A DNA stretch of 64,000 bases from a virus. The first letter of the stretch is position 1. Each line of letters begins with the position of its first letter. The notes under the pieces were generated by a model, which was not told the DNA's origin, searched no databases, and was given only the letters and a program-made list of their open reading frames with translations. Below are positions 1 to 9,555 of the stretch, piece after piece. A program made the translations under genes and the position numbers. Location of the stretch: IMG/VR virus record IMGVR_UViG_3300025108_004281, positions 1 through 64,000 of that record; one strand, 5' to 3'.

Positions 1-712
1 AATATAAACTTTTGTGTGGTGGATCTCTCCAATCGTGTTTACTATCTGATATATAATAAAATGCTCTGAAGCCTACTCTAAATTTATCTTCAGGACAGTC
101 AATTGGATTTGGATGTCCATGGAAACCTCGTTTATGATATTTCCACACAACCACATTACCCATCTTAGGAGGGTAACTGACTACTTTTTCTGTTTTTTCA
201 AAATCCCAAAATTGTAAGTCACCGTGCCATGCTTCGTCCCAGTCAGGTGTAAAATATAATATTAAACTTAATGCTCTGTGTGTTTGACATTCTTCATTCC
301 AGTTAAAGTCTGAATGTATTTTCAAACTATCGCCTTTGTAACTTTTCATATACCCAGCACCTACTAAATAAGGATCTGGTAATAAATGTTGTACGTCACA
401 TACTTGACTTAACCATGTGAGAAACTCTCTGCTATGTAAAGCACTCACAACTCCTCTGGCAACTGGTGCCTCAGTTAAGTCTTTGCACTCTTCCATGTAA
501 CTGTCTGCTCTAGTAAATGTTGTCCAATACTTTTTAGGTATTGTTTGACTTTCTTCGTAAAGCAGTTTTGCCACATTGTATGGTATAAAATCTTCTAAAG
601 CCAAAGTAGGGTAGGGAGGGGTATAGCGATATTGCTCATTCAAAGCAAGTTTTTCACTGTCACTACCCCACTTATGGAATATGTGATCAAGTATTTGTTG
701 ATCTATGTTCAT
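1..712 (-). CDS. 2OG-Fe(II) oxygenase (prolyl 4-hydroxylase-like), runs off window start
   Basis: Manual translation from ATG at 712: MNIDQQ...LPDPYLVGAG...LKIHSDFN...LILYFTPDWDEAWHGDLQFW...HGHP. HxD...H metal triad; absent from ORF track because truncated. Confidence 0.8.
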   Translation of the reverse strand, partial: MNIDQQILDHIFHKWGSDSEKLALNEQYRYTPPYPTLALEDFIPYNVAKLLYEESQTIPKKYWTTFTRADSYMEECKDLTEAPVARGVVSALHSREFLTWLSQVCDVQHLLPDPYLVGAGYMKSYKGDSLKIHSDFNWNEECQTHRALSLILYFTPDWDEAWHGDLQFWDFEKTEKVVSYPPKMGNVVVWKYHKRGFHGHPNPIDCPEDKFRVGFRAFYYISDSKHDWRDPPHKSLY

Positions 713-2031
713 TTTGCTCCTCTAGTATTCCCGTAGTGGATAACAGTAACACCGTCTATGTCAGGTGTTTTTCTCCATGGGTCTACTACTGTACTATTAA
801 TAGCAAAACTAAGTTCTGAACCATTACCTGTTTTTACACTTAATGCTTCGTCGCAATCTGTGACGTTATGCTCACCATACCAACTTGGTACTGTGTCTAA
901 TTGATCGCCATATGTGACTTCTGGGTTATGTGCTAAAAGATAAACAGCAGGACTATCTAATACTTCCTGCGGAGGCATGTCGCCTGTTTGTTCGTCATAG
1001 TAATATAATTCAAATCCTGCTTTTTCAATGTAATGTCCAACAAGCATACTGCTAGAGCCTGTTTCATACGGTACAAGTGGCTTGTATGCTTTACCTACAA
1101 TAATTATAGGCTTGCTTGGTACTAAACCAAATGCTGGGTGTTCATCTCCTGCAAGTTCCATTAGACGTTTTGCCATGTTCTCTGCTTGTACTTCTCTTGA
1201 TAACATTACTGCATCAAACAAGTCATAACCTAAGTCCAAGTCCTCTGCCATCCAACGTAGAGCAATGTTATCTCTAGGGTGACAAGCACCGCCATCGCCC
1301 ATACCTGGTTTCATATAACCTGGTCCCATAATACGTCTATCTGAGTTTGCAAGTGCATCACATACTACTTCTGCATTGATGTTGCCTTGCTTTTCTGCAA
1401 CATCTTGTATCATGTTTACTAAACTTACTTTTGCTGATATAAATGTATTATAAAAAACTTTAATACATTCGCATTCGTCCCATGTACCTATAATGTACTT
1501 AGGATCGTTTTGCATTATTGTTTTGTAGAAGTCCACAAGTTCTTTTGCATCACCTGTTTCACTTCCATCTTCTGTTCCAATCATTACCATTTCTGGATTA
1601 ACCATATCCCATTTCACAGTACCCATAGCAATTAAGTATGGATTATATACAAATCTTGTGTTAGTAATTAATGGAATAAATTCTCTTCTAACAGTACCTG
1701 GAAGTACTGTTGATATAAGGACTATTAATTGTTCTTGGGTCGCTACAGCATTTACTTTTTCAAGAATGTCTTTAACTATTGTGTAATCAAAGTCCTTGTT
1801 AGGTAAATGGCTGGTAGGTGCCTTTCCATCATACTGCGGGTCATGTGGAGTAGGTACTGCGATAAAAACAATGTCTTGTCCTTTTACAGCATCTTCCATA
1901 TTGTCAACCATTGTAAAGTTTTCAGGCTCTACTGGATTGACATCATAACCAACAACATCATGGACCTCGGCGACCATCTCGGCGCAGGCTTGTCCTAACT
2001 TGCCTACCCCAATGAATCCGATTGAGGCCAT
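709..2031 (-). CDS. ugd: UDP-glucose/GDP-mannose 6-dehydrogenase
   Basis: GxGxxG (GVGKLG), IAVPTP, catalytic GGACHPRD, C-terminal GKAYK. Confidence 0.85.
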   Translation of the reverse strand: MASIGFIGVGKLGQACAEMVAEVHDVVGYDVNPVEPENFTMVDNMEDAVKGQDIVFIAVPTPHDPQYDGKAPTSHLPNKDFDYTIVKDILEKVNAVATQEQLIVLISTVLPGTVRREFIPLITNTRFVYNPYLIAMGTVKWDMVNPEMVMIGTEDGSETGDAKELVDFYKTIMQNDPKYIIGTWDECECIKVFYNTFISAKVSLVNMIQDVAEKQGNINAEVVCDALANSDRRIMGPGYMKPGMGDGGACHPRDNIALRWMAEDLDLGYDLFDAVMLSREVQAENMAKRLMELAGDEHPAFGLVPSKPIIIVGKAYKPLVPYETGSSSMLVGHYIEKAGFELYYYDEQTGDMPPQEVLDSPAVYLLAHNPEVTYGDQLDTVPSWYGEHNVTDCDEALSVKTGNGSELSFAINSTVVDPWRKTPDIDGVTVIHYGNTRGAK

Positions 2032-2076
2032 TTTGTTCTCCTGTTTATGTCTCTGTACTAATTTCTAGTACACTCA

Positions 2077-2084
2077 TATTTATC
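2077..2084 (-). promoter_or_regulatory. Late-type promoter GATAAATA followed by a 5' leader hairpin (2054-2072)
   Basis: tatttatc on plus; tgtacta-atttc-tagtaca inverted repeat; AGGAG RBS before ugd. Confidence 0.55.
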
Positions 2085-2102
2085 AGAGATTTGTTTTGAT
2101 TT

Positions 2103-3344
2103 TTAGGATAGTTGGTATTGTTTGTTAGGCACAAACCATTTGTTGATTGGGCATTCAATTGTGCTCTTGTAAAACAATTCTTTATTATGTTTTAGTTTTT
2201 CTTGTACAGAATCACTGTGGTAAAGTTCATGTATTTCATCTAGATCCATTTGCATAAACTTGTCTAAACTTGCAACAATTTTATTCATTCTAGTATGATG
2301 ATGCTGTTCATTATCATAGTCTTCATCAAAGAATTCAGGAAAAGTTTTGTAACCCATTTCTTTAATCTGTGCAAGTATTCCTGGAAATGCAACTAGCAAC
2401 ATTGGTTGTTCGTATAAAAACGTTTTATAAGTTTTTTCAGTTATCAAACCGTTTGCTGTTCCTATGGGTTTGATATTTATATCTGAATTACCTTGTTCAT
2501 CATTACCATTAAATGCTACAGCAATAGAGTTAGGGTCAAAGAAAGATTCGGTTACAACTTGTACATAAGAATCATTTAATACACTAAATGACGGCTTCAT
2601 CATCCAATCTTCATATTGCCTATCATACATTTCATAAGTTGGAGTAGTACCTGTGTCGCTGTTTACACCAGTCTGTTTTCCTAGTGTTATATTTTTTTCT
2701 ATGTAACTGTAATAACATTTTTCTTTATATTTGTTCTCAATGTGATTGACAATATAATCCCTGTGCCAGCATACTCTACCATTAAATGCTACAAAATGCT
2801 TATTGCGTTTTTCAACATTAGGCTGAAAATTTAATTCTTCATTATTGCAAAATATTCTATTATAATATACATTGTAAAATTGTATATCTGCTTTTGGTAA
2901 AACTTTTTTATAATCTTTAACAGTTAAAAAATTGTTTATATGAATACTGATATTTTCTTGTTTAATTAATCTAGTTTGATCTACTAACCAATTACGTCTT
3001 GCCTCTTCATCTAAATTATAGATATCCCAACCATTGGCAAATCTCCATTTAACATTATCAAAGTTTTTACATTTAGATAATCTTTCTACAATACCAAATA
3101 ATTTATCACCTGTTTCATAATCTAATTGTGGTCTTAAATGCAACCCAAACTGAATAGTAAGATTGTCATTTCCGGATTCAATGAGTTCTTCCAACTGCTC
3201 TATTGATCTCATGAGAACTATGTTTCTAGTGACATCTTCTGACATTGGGTATTCTAGTGCTTTATTGCAAAGCCTAGCAGGACGAGATTTTCCTAGTATA
3301 TCGTCAAACTCTTCCCAGTAGGGAATTACTAGGATATCTTTCAT
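2103..3344 (-). CDS. Hypothetical protein, possible glycosyltransferase-like fold
   Basis: C-terminal VVTES...ITEKTYK..F..QP...L...GYKTF...DEDYD pattern, common in marine phage glycan islands. Confidence 0.5.
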   Translation of the reverse strand: MKDILVIPYWEEFDDILGKSRPARLCNKALEYPMSEDVTRNIVLMRSIEQLEELIESGNDNLTIQFGLHLRPQLDYETGDKLFGIVERLSKCKNFDNVKWRFANGWDIYNLDEEARRNWLVDQTRLIKQENISIHINNFLTVKDYKKVLPKADIQFYNVYYNRIFCNNEELNFQPNVEKRNKHFVAFNGRVCWHRDYIVNHIENKYKEKCYYSYIEKNITLGKQTGVNSDTGTTPTYEMYDRQYEDWMMKPSFSVLNDSYVQVVTESFFDPNSIAVAFNGNDEQGNSDINIKPIGTANGLITEKTYKTFLYEQPMLLVAFPGILAQIKEMGYKTFPEFFDEDYDNEQHHHTRMNKIVASLDKFMQMDLDEIHELYHSDSVQEKLKHNKELFYKSTIECPINKWFVPNKQYQLS

Positions 3345-3613
3345 GCAGAGTTTCTTTGAAACTCTTGTATTAGGTCATCACCTTTAAGTTCTTTACCAAA
3401 GTAGACTGTATAACCATCGCTTGTTTGTCTTTCAATAAGTCCACTATTGTATTGTATATCCATCACAGAATTTCCGTCTTGGGTATCTTGAGGCCTAGTA
3501 TCATACCACATGGAACCAAGTGAATGTGCATGAACTGATTTAACACCTTTTGCCCAATCTTCAGCGGCAAGTAATACTCGTTGTCTTTCTACTGTATCGT
3601 CGTATTGCGTCAT
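3341..3613 (-). CDS. Hypothetical protein (leaderless, TATAAATA 6 nt upstream)
   Basis: ORF track; tatttata at 3620-3627. Confidence 0.6.
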   Translation of the reverse strand: MTQYDDTVERQRVLLAAEDWAKGVKSVHAHSLGSMWYDTRPQDTQDGNSVMDIQYNSGLIERQTSDGYTVYFGKELKGDDLIQEFQRNSA

Positions 3614-3622
3614 AATAATTAT

Positions 3623-3760
3623 TTATAAAGAGGGTCCTCCGTTATGCCCTATTAAAGAATTTTTCTTTTGTTGCTCTCTCCACTTTAAAAAGTGTAGTGC
3701 TACTTCCTTTGTGCTGTGAGTTAAAGTGCTCACAGGTCTTTTTATTTTTTTAGTGCCCAA
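3623..3760 (-). CDS. Small protein, 45 aa, TTG start, C-terminal GHNGGP motif
   Basis: Manual: MGTKKIKRPVSTLTHSTKEVALHFLKWREQQKKNSLIGHNGGPSL; AGGAG 6 nt upstream. Confidence 0.55.
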   Translation of the reverse strand: MGTKKIKRPVSTLTHSTKEVALHFLKWREQQKKNSLIGHNGGPSL

Positions 3761-3890
3761 TGTGTACTCCTATTAGTATACCAATTAACAATATAAAACC
3801 ATCAAATACAAAGTGCATAATAAAGGAGATAGCAAATATCTCTTTCCAATGAACTTTACAAATTTCTAACCATTCTGCTATTTTTTTCAT
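3750..3890 (-). CDS. Small membrane protein, 46 aa
   Basis: Manual: MKKIAEWLEICKVHWKEIFAISFIMHFVFDGFILLIGILIGVHIGH; ATGA overlap with upstream gene. Confidence 0.55.
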   Translation of the reverse strand: MKKIAEWLEICKVHWKEIFAISFIMHFVFDGFILLIGILIGVHIGH

Positions 3891-4201
3891 AATCTACTTA
3901 TTTTCCCTAACACATTATCTACATCTGGGTCACATTGATTTCTCAATACATCATCTGTTATGTCTGTGTCATAACATAACTCTCCGAAAGAATCTAATAC
4001 TGCAATCTCCCACCAACCTTTTTTAGGTTTCATTTTATTATTATCCTCAGGATTAAGGTGCTCATCATATTGCTCATCGTCTGTGATTATATATTCTGGT
4101 ATTACACTAGCACCAAAACCATTTGGAAATTTGTATATACGTTGTCGACCACCAAAATGATGTTTGGTATCGCTTACTAAAAATTCTTCCCAAGCCTTCA
4201 T
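3887..4201 (-). CDS. Conserved phage hypothetical (FPNG[F/Y]GASV family)
   Basis: YKFPNGFGASV...WEIAVL...YDTDITDDV. Confidence 0.65.
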   Translation of the reverse strand: MKAWEEFLVSDTKHHFGGRQRIYKFPNGFGASVIPEYIITDDEQYDEHLNPEDNNKMKPKKGWWEIAVLDSFGELCYDTDITDDVLRNQCDPDVDNVLGKISRL

Positions 4202-4734
4202 TCGGGTAATTTCTCCGGATCAACTAGTGTGTCATCATCTAGGTGCTGATCTTCTAATTCGTCTTGATACTCGTCAAGCATTTCCGTGACATAAAAAGTA
4301 TTATCTAAATCTTGTCCTGCTGGATCTGTTTCCCAAAAACTTCTTGGCTGATCAGTAATAGAGAAATCACCATAGTGATTAGAACCAACAAAGTCATTTG
4401 CAGGTTCATAATACATACAGTGAATATCAACATCTGGGTTTGCCTCCTCGTAATGCATAATAGCATTTAACGGTGGTGACCAGGCACTTTCAAAATAACC
4501 AACAATAGCAGATGTGCTCTCATTAATCATTTCTAATTCTAAATTACTGTCAGTTAAAGGTACGTCCCATTTAGTTCCCCATTCATCTACTGCTTTGTGA
4601 TAATCCCATTCGCCGATTGGGTGTAAGGCACTTAACAATCCTTCATCGGATTCGTCACTTGCTTTACTCCATATTGCTTCAACCTTATCAGTAGGTCCTT
4701 CGATTACAATATGATTATTACACCAATTTGGCAT
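4198..4734 (-). CDS. DUF1281/YubB ferredoxin-like domain protein
   Basis: MPNWCNN start (4734, not the 4773 of the track), WGTKWD, FESAWSPP, YYEP. Confidence 0.7.
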   Translation of the reverse strand: MPNWCNNHIVIEGPTDKVEAIWSKASDESDEGLLSALHPIGEWDYHKAVDEWGTKWDVPLTDSNLELEMINESTSAIVGYFESAWSPPLNAIMHYEEANPDVDIHCMYYEPANDFVGSNHYGDFSITDQPRSFWETDPAGQDLDNTFYVTEMLDEYQDELEDQHLDDDTLVDPEKLPE

Positions 4735-4738
4735 TTTT

Positions 4739-4828
4739 CTATAACTTCTCCCAAATAATAACACTAGTACCAATGCTTAATAGAGCAAGATAACCAAAGT
4801 AAATAAATCCAAAAATTAATTCAGCCAT
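4739..4828 (-). CDS. Small membrane peptide, 29 aa
   Basis: Manual: MAELIFGFIYFGYLALLSIGTSVIIWEKL; TAATG overlap with ligase stop. Confidence 0.45.
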   Translation of the reverse strand: MAELIFGFIYFGYLALLSIGTSVIIWEKL

Positions 4829-6099
4829 TACAGTTTCTCCCCTAATTCAAAGCCACGGAATGTTTTAAATCTTGGAAACCTAAGGCTCCAAGTATCTTCT
4901 GCGTCCTGACTTTGCGTTGCCGCATCGGCTCTAATCTCAACTAACTGCCCAATAACAGCATCTTGGTTTGCCCAAATTTGCTCTCTGTTTTCATCAGTTA
5001 GTCCACTACCAACGTTAAGTCTAAAAAACTTACCATCGTCTTCGCCTTCTACAACAAGAGCACCAAGTAATCCTTCATTCTTGCCTGTGCCTTCTTCTAG
5101 TGCTACAACACTTAAGGTTACTTCAATAAAAGGTTTGATCTTTAACCAAGCATGTGAACGTTTACACTTGTAGCCTTCGTTAACAGGCTTAATCATTAAG
5201 CCTTCGTAGCCTTCTTCTAGTGCCTGTTTGTTCATTGCTTTAAAACTTGCTTGGCCTTGCTCACTGTCTAAATCTAAATTGATTGCTTGAACAAGTGTAA
5301 TTCTGTTATTAAAATTAGCCTGTTTACTAATTAAACGTTCACGTCTTTCGAATGCAGTCATATCAGTACCACCTGCATTAAACTCTTCAAGTGTAAGCAT
5401 ATCAAATACTGCTAAATATGAATCCTCAGTCTGAGCACCTTCTTTTCTGTGTACTTGCTTCATTAAACTTTGAAAGTCTTCACTCATTACTTCGCCATCA
5501 AACACTAAGCCTTCGAACTCAGGCTTGCTCAATGTTTCTTCAATGTGTGGAAAATTAGCAAGTAGTTTACCATTACGTGAGTATAATGTAGCACTACCGT
5601 TTTGCACGATAGCAATAACTCTGACACCATCATACTTGTATTCGATAAAGCATTCGCCTGTAATCTTCTTAGGATGTTTAGCACCATCATGTGCTAACAT
5701 ACAACCAAATAGTGGAATAGTATCCTTTTGTACTTTGTTAATAAGTTTAGCACCAGTACCACAACGTAGGTCTTTAATTAAGATACGTCTGTACCAATCG
5801 TTCCATTGCTCGTTAGTTGCTAAATCACATAGTTCTTGAATAGCATCTCTGGCCGCATGTCCAGTAAGTTCTCTTGCAACTAGCATATCAGCAATTTTAT
5901 AAAACTCTTCTGGAAGTATGCCTTTGCCATCTGCTTCACTGAATGGTACTTGTTGTACACCAAAGGTAACTAATGGATCTAAGGCATACTGAATACCAGT
6001 AACAAATTCACTGTTATCAATGTTTTGCTTGATAACGTCTTGCTTGAATAGAGAACTATTGTTGCTCTCTAATTCTTGAATTATATTCCATGTATTCAT
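4828..6099 (-). CDS. lig: ATP-dependent DNA ligase
   Basis: EYKYDGVR (motif I), FDGEV, EGLMIK, WLKIK, SLRFPRF. Confidence 0.95.
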   Translation of the reverse strand: MNTWNIIQELESNNSSLFKQDVIKQNIDNSEFVTGIQYALDPLVTFGVQQVPFSEADGKGILPEEFYKIADMLVARELTGHAARDAIQELCDLATNEQWNDWYRRILIKDLRCGTGAKLINKVQKDTIPLFGCMLAHDGAKHPKKITGECFIEYKYDGVRVIAIVQNGSATLYSRNGKLLANFPHIEETLSKPEFEGLVFDGEVMSEDFQSLMKQVHRKEGAQTEDSYLAVFDMLTLEEFNAGGTDMTAFERRERLISKQANFNNRITLVQAINLDLDSEQGQASFKAMNKQALEEGYEGLMIKPVNEGYKCKRSHAWLKIKPFIEVTLSVVALEEGTGKNEGLLGALVVEGEDDGKFFRLNVGSGLTDENREQIWANQDAVIGQLVEIRADAATQSQDAEDTWSLRFPRFKTFRGFELGEKL

Positions 6100-6104
6100 A
6101 AAAA

Positions 6105-6159
6105 CTCCTACCTTTTTAATTTATACAACTATTATACTAAAAATGGCACTTATGGTCAA
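6105..6159 (-). promoter_or_regulatory. Early sigma70-type promoter (TTGACC-17-TATAAT) with GTAGGAG leader
   Basis: -35 6154-6159, -10 6131-6136, GTAGGAG 6105-6111. Confidence 0.85.
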
Positions 6160-6160
6160 C

Positions 6161-6523
6161 CTATTTTACCAAATTTTCTGGCCTTGTTTTCCTATACTCA
6201 GCCATTGTTTCTTTGATCATTGTTCTGTATTCACCCATTAACTGCCAACCATTTAGGTCCCCAGTTGTTTGAATATCAAAACCATAGCCTGATTTCTCAC
6301 TTCTGTTTGGTCTGTAAGAAACTTGGGTGACTGGGCCAAATACTATTTTGTAATACTTTTGCTCGTAGTAGTCGCCTCTTTTATCACCCGATACCCAAAA
6401 TGCATTTTCCTTACCTTTCACTGGTGTCATTTTAGCACCAGTACAATGCTTAACAAATTTTTTAAGTTGCTCAGTGCTTTGATAGTCACTTGCAAGAACA
6501 GTTGTATTTCTTTGTTTAATCAT
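6161..6523 (-). CDS. Hypothetical protein
   Basis: ORF track; coupled to upstream gene, GGAGG RBS. Confidence 0.6.
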   Translation of the reverse strand: MIKQRNTTVLASDYQSTEQLKKFVKHCTGAKMTPVKGKENAFWVSGDKRGDYYEQKYYKIVFGPVTQVSYRPNRSEKSGYGFDIQTTGDLNGWQLMGEYRTMIKETMAEYRKTRPENLVK

Positions 6524-7041
6524 TACGCCGCCTCCTGAACTTCTTTTTTCAGTTGGGCATCTTTTTGATCAAACCAACCATTCTTGGTCTTGTACTGACA
6601 TTTGTAGTCTGATCTACCTTGCTCCTCTAAAGGAATCCATTGTTCAGCCTTGCCTATGATAGCACGGTTCCAGTGGCTATATTCAGGATTGGGAGTGTGA
6701 TGGGTACGACATAACCAACGGTCTCCGCCCCAGTAAAATTCTACTGGAGTTTCCCATGGTTCGCAAATTGGACCTTTGCCGTCGCCATTTTTACCAAGGT
6801 CACGGATCTCCCAATCCAGGATATATTCTTCTGAAGCCTCATTCGAGTATTCGATCAATTTGGATAAGGTAGGGATACCTTTATGAGCAATCTTGTTGAT
6901 TTGCTCAGAAGTAAGATCAGTAACAAAATAAGTGCTACCACCCTTATACTTCCAGTGAGCCTCACTTACACCATGCTCATAATTATCATCATGAGCGGCA
7001 TAGTTCTCTCTGTATTGGGTGTTTATTACTAAAGTTTGCAT
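6523..7041 (-). CDS. Hypothetical early protein
   Basis: Own promoter and RBS; TQYRENY...HWKYKGG phage-type motif. Confidence 0.65.
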   Translation of the reverse strand: MQTLVINTQYRENYAAHDDNYEHGVSEAHWKYKGGSTYFVTDLTSEQINKIAHKGIPTLSKLIEYSNEASEEYILDWEIRDLGKNGDGKGPICEPWETPVEFYWGGDRWLCRTHHTPNPEYSHWNRAIIGKAEQWIPLEEQGRSDYKCQYKTKNGWFDQKDAQLKKEVQEAA

Positions 7042-7050
7042 AATTAAAAT

Positions 7051-7105
7051 CTCCTACCTTTTTAATTTATACAACTATTATACTAAAATAATGGGTCGAG
7101 GTCAA
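7051..7105 (-). promoter_or_regulatory. Early promoter TTGACC-17-TATAAT with GTAGGAG leader
   Basis: -35 7100-7105, -10 7077-7082, GTAGGAG 7051-7057. Confidence 0.85.
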
Positions 7106-7111
7106 CCTTTT

Positions 7112-7354
7112 TTACCGGTTTTTTTGGCCTAATTTGTCTTTAATTACACCATTTATATCGGTGTATTGTGTATTAAAATACTTTTTGGCAGGATATGTAG
7201 GTGGCATCCAGTCAATGATTATAGTTCTTTTATATATGAATTTAAGCCAAACTTTTTTGCCATTTGTTAATGTGCGAGGCTTCCATGCAAATACTTTGTA
7301 CCAGTTTGAATATCTTGGTTGGGTTGGGTCATGGGCACTCTGATCTAGTGGCAC
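7112..7354 (-). CDS. Hypothetical protein
   Basis: W..FAWKP...GKKVWL motif; coupled to upstream stop. Confidence 0.55.
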   Translation of the reverse strand: MPLDQSAHDPTQPRYSNWYKVFAWKPRTLTNGKKVWLKFIYKRTIIIDWMPPTYPAKKYFNTQYTDINGVIKDKLGQKNR

Positions 7355-8256
7355 TAGTCCTCTCTTAGTGTAACATCACCTATCTTAAGACCGATAGTGT
7401 TTTGTAAGAATACACCTCTATTTTTGCCTTCTGGCATGAATCTATAACTTAATGCATCAGCAAGTAATATTCTTCGATCACCATAAAATTGTTTAAGTGG
7501 CCAATCTGACATCATATCTATATAAGGATCTGAACTAGGCTTTGGCATTTCACCTATATTACGACTTGGGGAATCATCTTCATTCATCCAGTCTTTGTTG
7601 TAACCAAATGTTTCAAAGTCCCAATCATAAAACTCATACACCATATCTAATACTTCTTGTGTATTTTCTTGTTGTTCATAAATTAGACGCCAATCCATTT
7701 CGCTTTGATTTAGTTTCCTTGTCCATGGAGTTCCATTTTGCATTGCAACATGTTTTACATATCCGTAATCCTCGTGGAACTTCTTTCTAGTGAAATCATA
7801 AATTTCTTCATAACGTTCAAAACAGCCTATGTAGTCTACTCGTAATTTTGCATCTTCATCAACTAAGTAAAGTATCTGTGGTGTTTTATGCATACCCCAT
7901 AAAGCAGTTACAGTTACAGGATCTAAGTATGTGAGTAAGTTAGATGCATCTTTAGGTCTGCCTTGGAACCTCCAACGACACCAATACTCGAATGTCATAT
8001 CAGAAGCCGCTAATGCACCTGCTCTACCAAATCTCCATAAACTTACTTCTCTAGCATAAGGATTTCTAACAATGGATAGTTTAGTATTTGCATCTGCATT
8101 GTCTAAAAAATAACATGCAGTTTGCACAGGACTGTGATTGTCAAACAATTCTATGTCTGTGTTAGTGCCGTAATTTTCTAAAAATCTTTTGTAAGACGTT
8201 CCGCCTGTTCTAGGTATGTGTATAAAAAGTAAATCTTGTTCAGGTAGGTAAAACAT
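7354..8256 (-). CDS. Sulfotransferase family 2 protein
   Basis: FIHIPRTGGTS (5'-PSB), IVRNPY.R.VS (3'-PB), C-terminal DFETFGY. Confidence 0.8.
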   Translation of the reverse strand: MFYLPEQDLLFIHIPRTGGTSYKRFLENYGTNTDIELFDNHSPVQTACYFLDNADANTKLSIVRNPYAREVSLWRFGRAGALAASDMTFEYWCRWRFQGRPKDASNLLTYLDPVTVTALWGMHKTPQILYLVDEDAKLRVDYIGCFERYEEIYDFTRKKFHEDYGYVKHVAMQNGTPWTRKLNQSEMDWRLIYEQQENTQEVLDMVYEFYDWDFETFGYNKDWMNEDDSPSRNIGEMPKPSSDPYIDMMSDWPLKQFYGDRRILLADALSYRFMPEGKNRGVFLQNTIGLKIGDVTLRED

Positions 8257-8573
8257 TATTCGTCAAATTTATCTAATAACTTTTTTGTTTCCATCGTAAC
8301 AAATTTTTCTACCTTTTGAATATTAAGAAAAACTTCTACTGATGTGGTTTCTTGATTCCATATTTTTGAGAGAGGTGAATCTACACTTGGATTTAATGGT
8401 ATAGGGCCATCAATTTCCTTGCCGGTTTTCTTACTAATATTTCCGTTCTTATCAGTCAAAATAATCTCATCGACAAAGACATTAGGTATCTCTGTCGTAA
8501 AAATGTCTTTCAACAGTTGGTCGAAGTTGCTAAGTTGGGAATTGTGAGTAAGGATTATTTTCCTTTGGCCCAT
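8256..8573 (-). CDS. Hypothetical protein
   Basis: ORF track, RBS GGGAG. Confidence 0.55.
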   Translation of the reverse strand: MGQRKIILTHNSQLSNFDQLLKDIFTTEIPNVFVDEIILTDKNGNISKKTGKEIDGPIPLNPSVDSPLSKIWNQETTSVEVFLNIQKVEKFVTMETKKLLDKFDE

Positions 8574-8579
8574 AACTCC

Positions 8580-9215
8580 CTACTTAATTGCTGTCTTCTT
8601 TGGTCTGCCTGGTTTTGGCTTTGGCTTTAATTCAGGTGCTCTTGCGTATGCTTCTTCTCTTTTACTGTTAGCATCTGCGATCATCTGTTGTTGAACTCTT
8701 TCAATATCTTGTTCAATCATATCCGCTTGTTCCAATAAACCTTTAGCAATTCCTAACTGTTCGTCTGCTTCTCTTTCTGATAACTGTCTAGGTCTTTCAA
8801 CTTGATTAACTGCATCAATTTCCGATGTGTCTGCAAATTGAGGTTTCTCGTTTTCTTTACCTTCTTCAATCTGTGAAATAGACTTATTTAGTTCTGCTAA
8901 AGGAACTTCATCAGTTGGGGTAGGACACATTATAACTTCACTTACTGGTGCCTTTGTAATCATCCCATCACTGTGAATAGCCTGTAGCATAATTCTGCCA
9001 TCACTAAAGTTTCTACCGTTAAGTACCTGTGCTAAGTCACTATTTGCCTGTGCTTCATCGCTGTCTACAACAGACACGATTTCGTCGTGTTGTGTAGTAC
9101 CAAGTTCGCCAGTCATAATTAATAGTGCGTTTTCAGGCTCGCCTGGTACTTCTCTAAAAAGTACTAGACATTTACGGTCATTCCATTTAGCAACGTGTTT
9201 CATTACTTTAGCCAT
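8580..9215 (-). CDS. Conserved large-phage hypothetical protein
   Basis: Likely start MAKVMKHV at 9215 with GGAG RBS; coiled-coil C-terminus ending GRPKK. Confidence 0.6.
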   Translation of the reverse strand: MAKVMKHVAKWNDRKCLVLFREVPGEPENALLIMTGELGTTQHDEIVSVVDSDEAQANSDLAQVLNGRNFSDGRIMLQAIHSDGMITKAPVSEVIMCPTPTDEVPLAELNKSISQIEEGKENEKPQFADTSEIDAVNQVERPRQLSEREADEQLGIAKGLLEQADMIEQDIERVQQQMIADANSKREEAYARAPELKPKPKPGRPKKTAIK

Positions 9216-9216
9216 A

Positions 9217-9507
9217 TTATTCTCCTTCTGCAGGAGCCTCTGCCTCTGCTGGTGCATCTGCTTCTGCTTCTGCTTGTTGACTTTGTGCAACTATGCTAAG
9301 AAAATTATTTAACCTATCAAAAACAGCACCTACTTGTGATGCTTCTGCACCCCTAAATGCTCCTCTGCTTACTGCTAAATCAACGATTTGTAATAATGCA
9401 TTGAGTTCCTCAAGGCTTAGTGAAGCCTGTTGTTGCTCAGGTGCATCTCCTTCTACTGATTGTTCAACTTCTTCGTTTACAATCTCTGTGTTTTCTGTAT
9501 CTGCCAT
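9217..9507 (-). CDS. Conserved large-phage hypothetical protein
   Basis: Start MADTEN at 9507 with GGAGG; IVDLAVSRGAFRGAE motif; AATAAATA at 9537-9544. Confidence 0.6.
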   Translation of the reverse strand: MADTENTEIVNEEVEQSVEGDAPEQQQASLSLEELNALLQIVDLAVSRGAFRGAEASQVGAVFDRLNNFLSIVAQSQQAEAEADAPAEAEAPAEGE

Positions 9508-9555
9508 TTTTTCCTCCAATGGTAATTTACAAGTATTATTTATTAACTGATGTTT

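Larger units (their letters stand above)
6105..7088. repeat. 38-bp identical direct repeat (6105-6142 and 7051-7088) flanking a two-gene cassette
   Basis: ctcctacctttttaatttatacaactattatactaaaa occurs at both positions. Confidence 0.85.
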
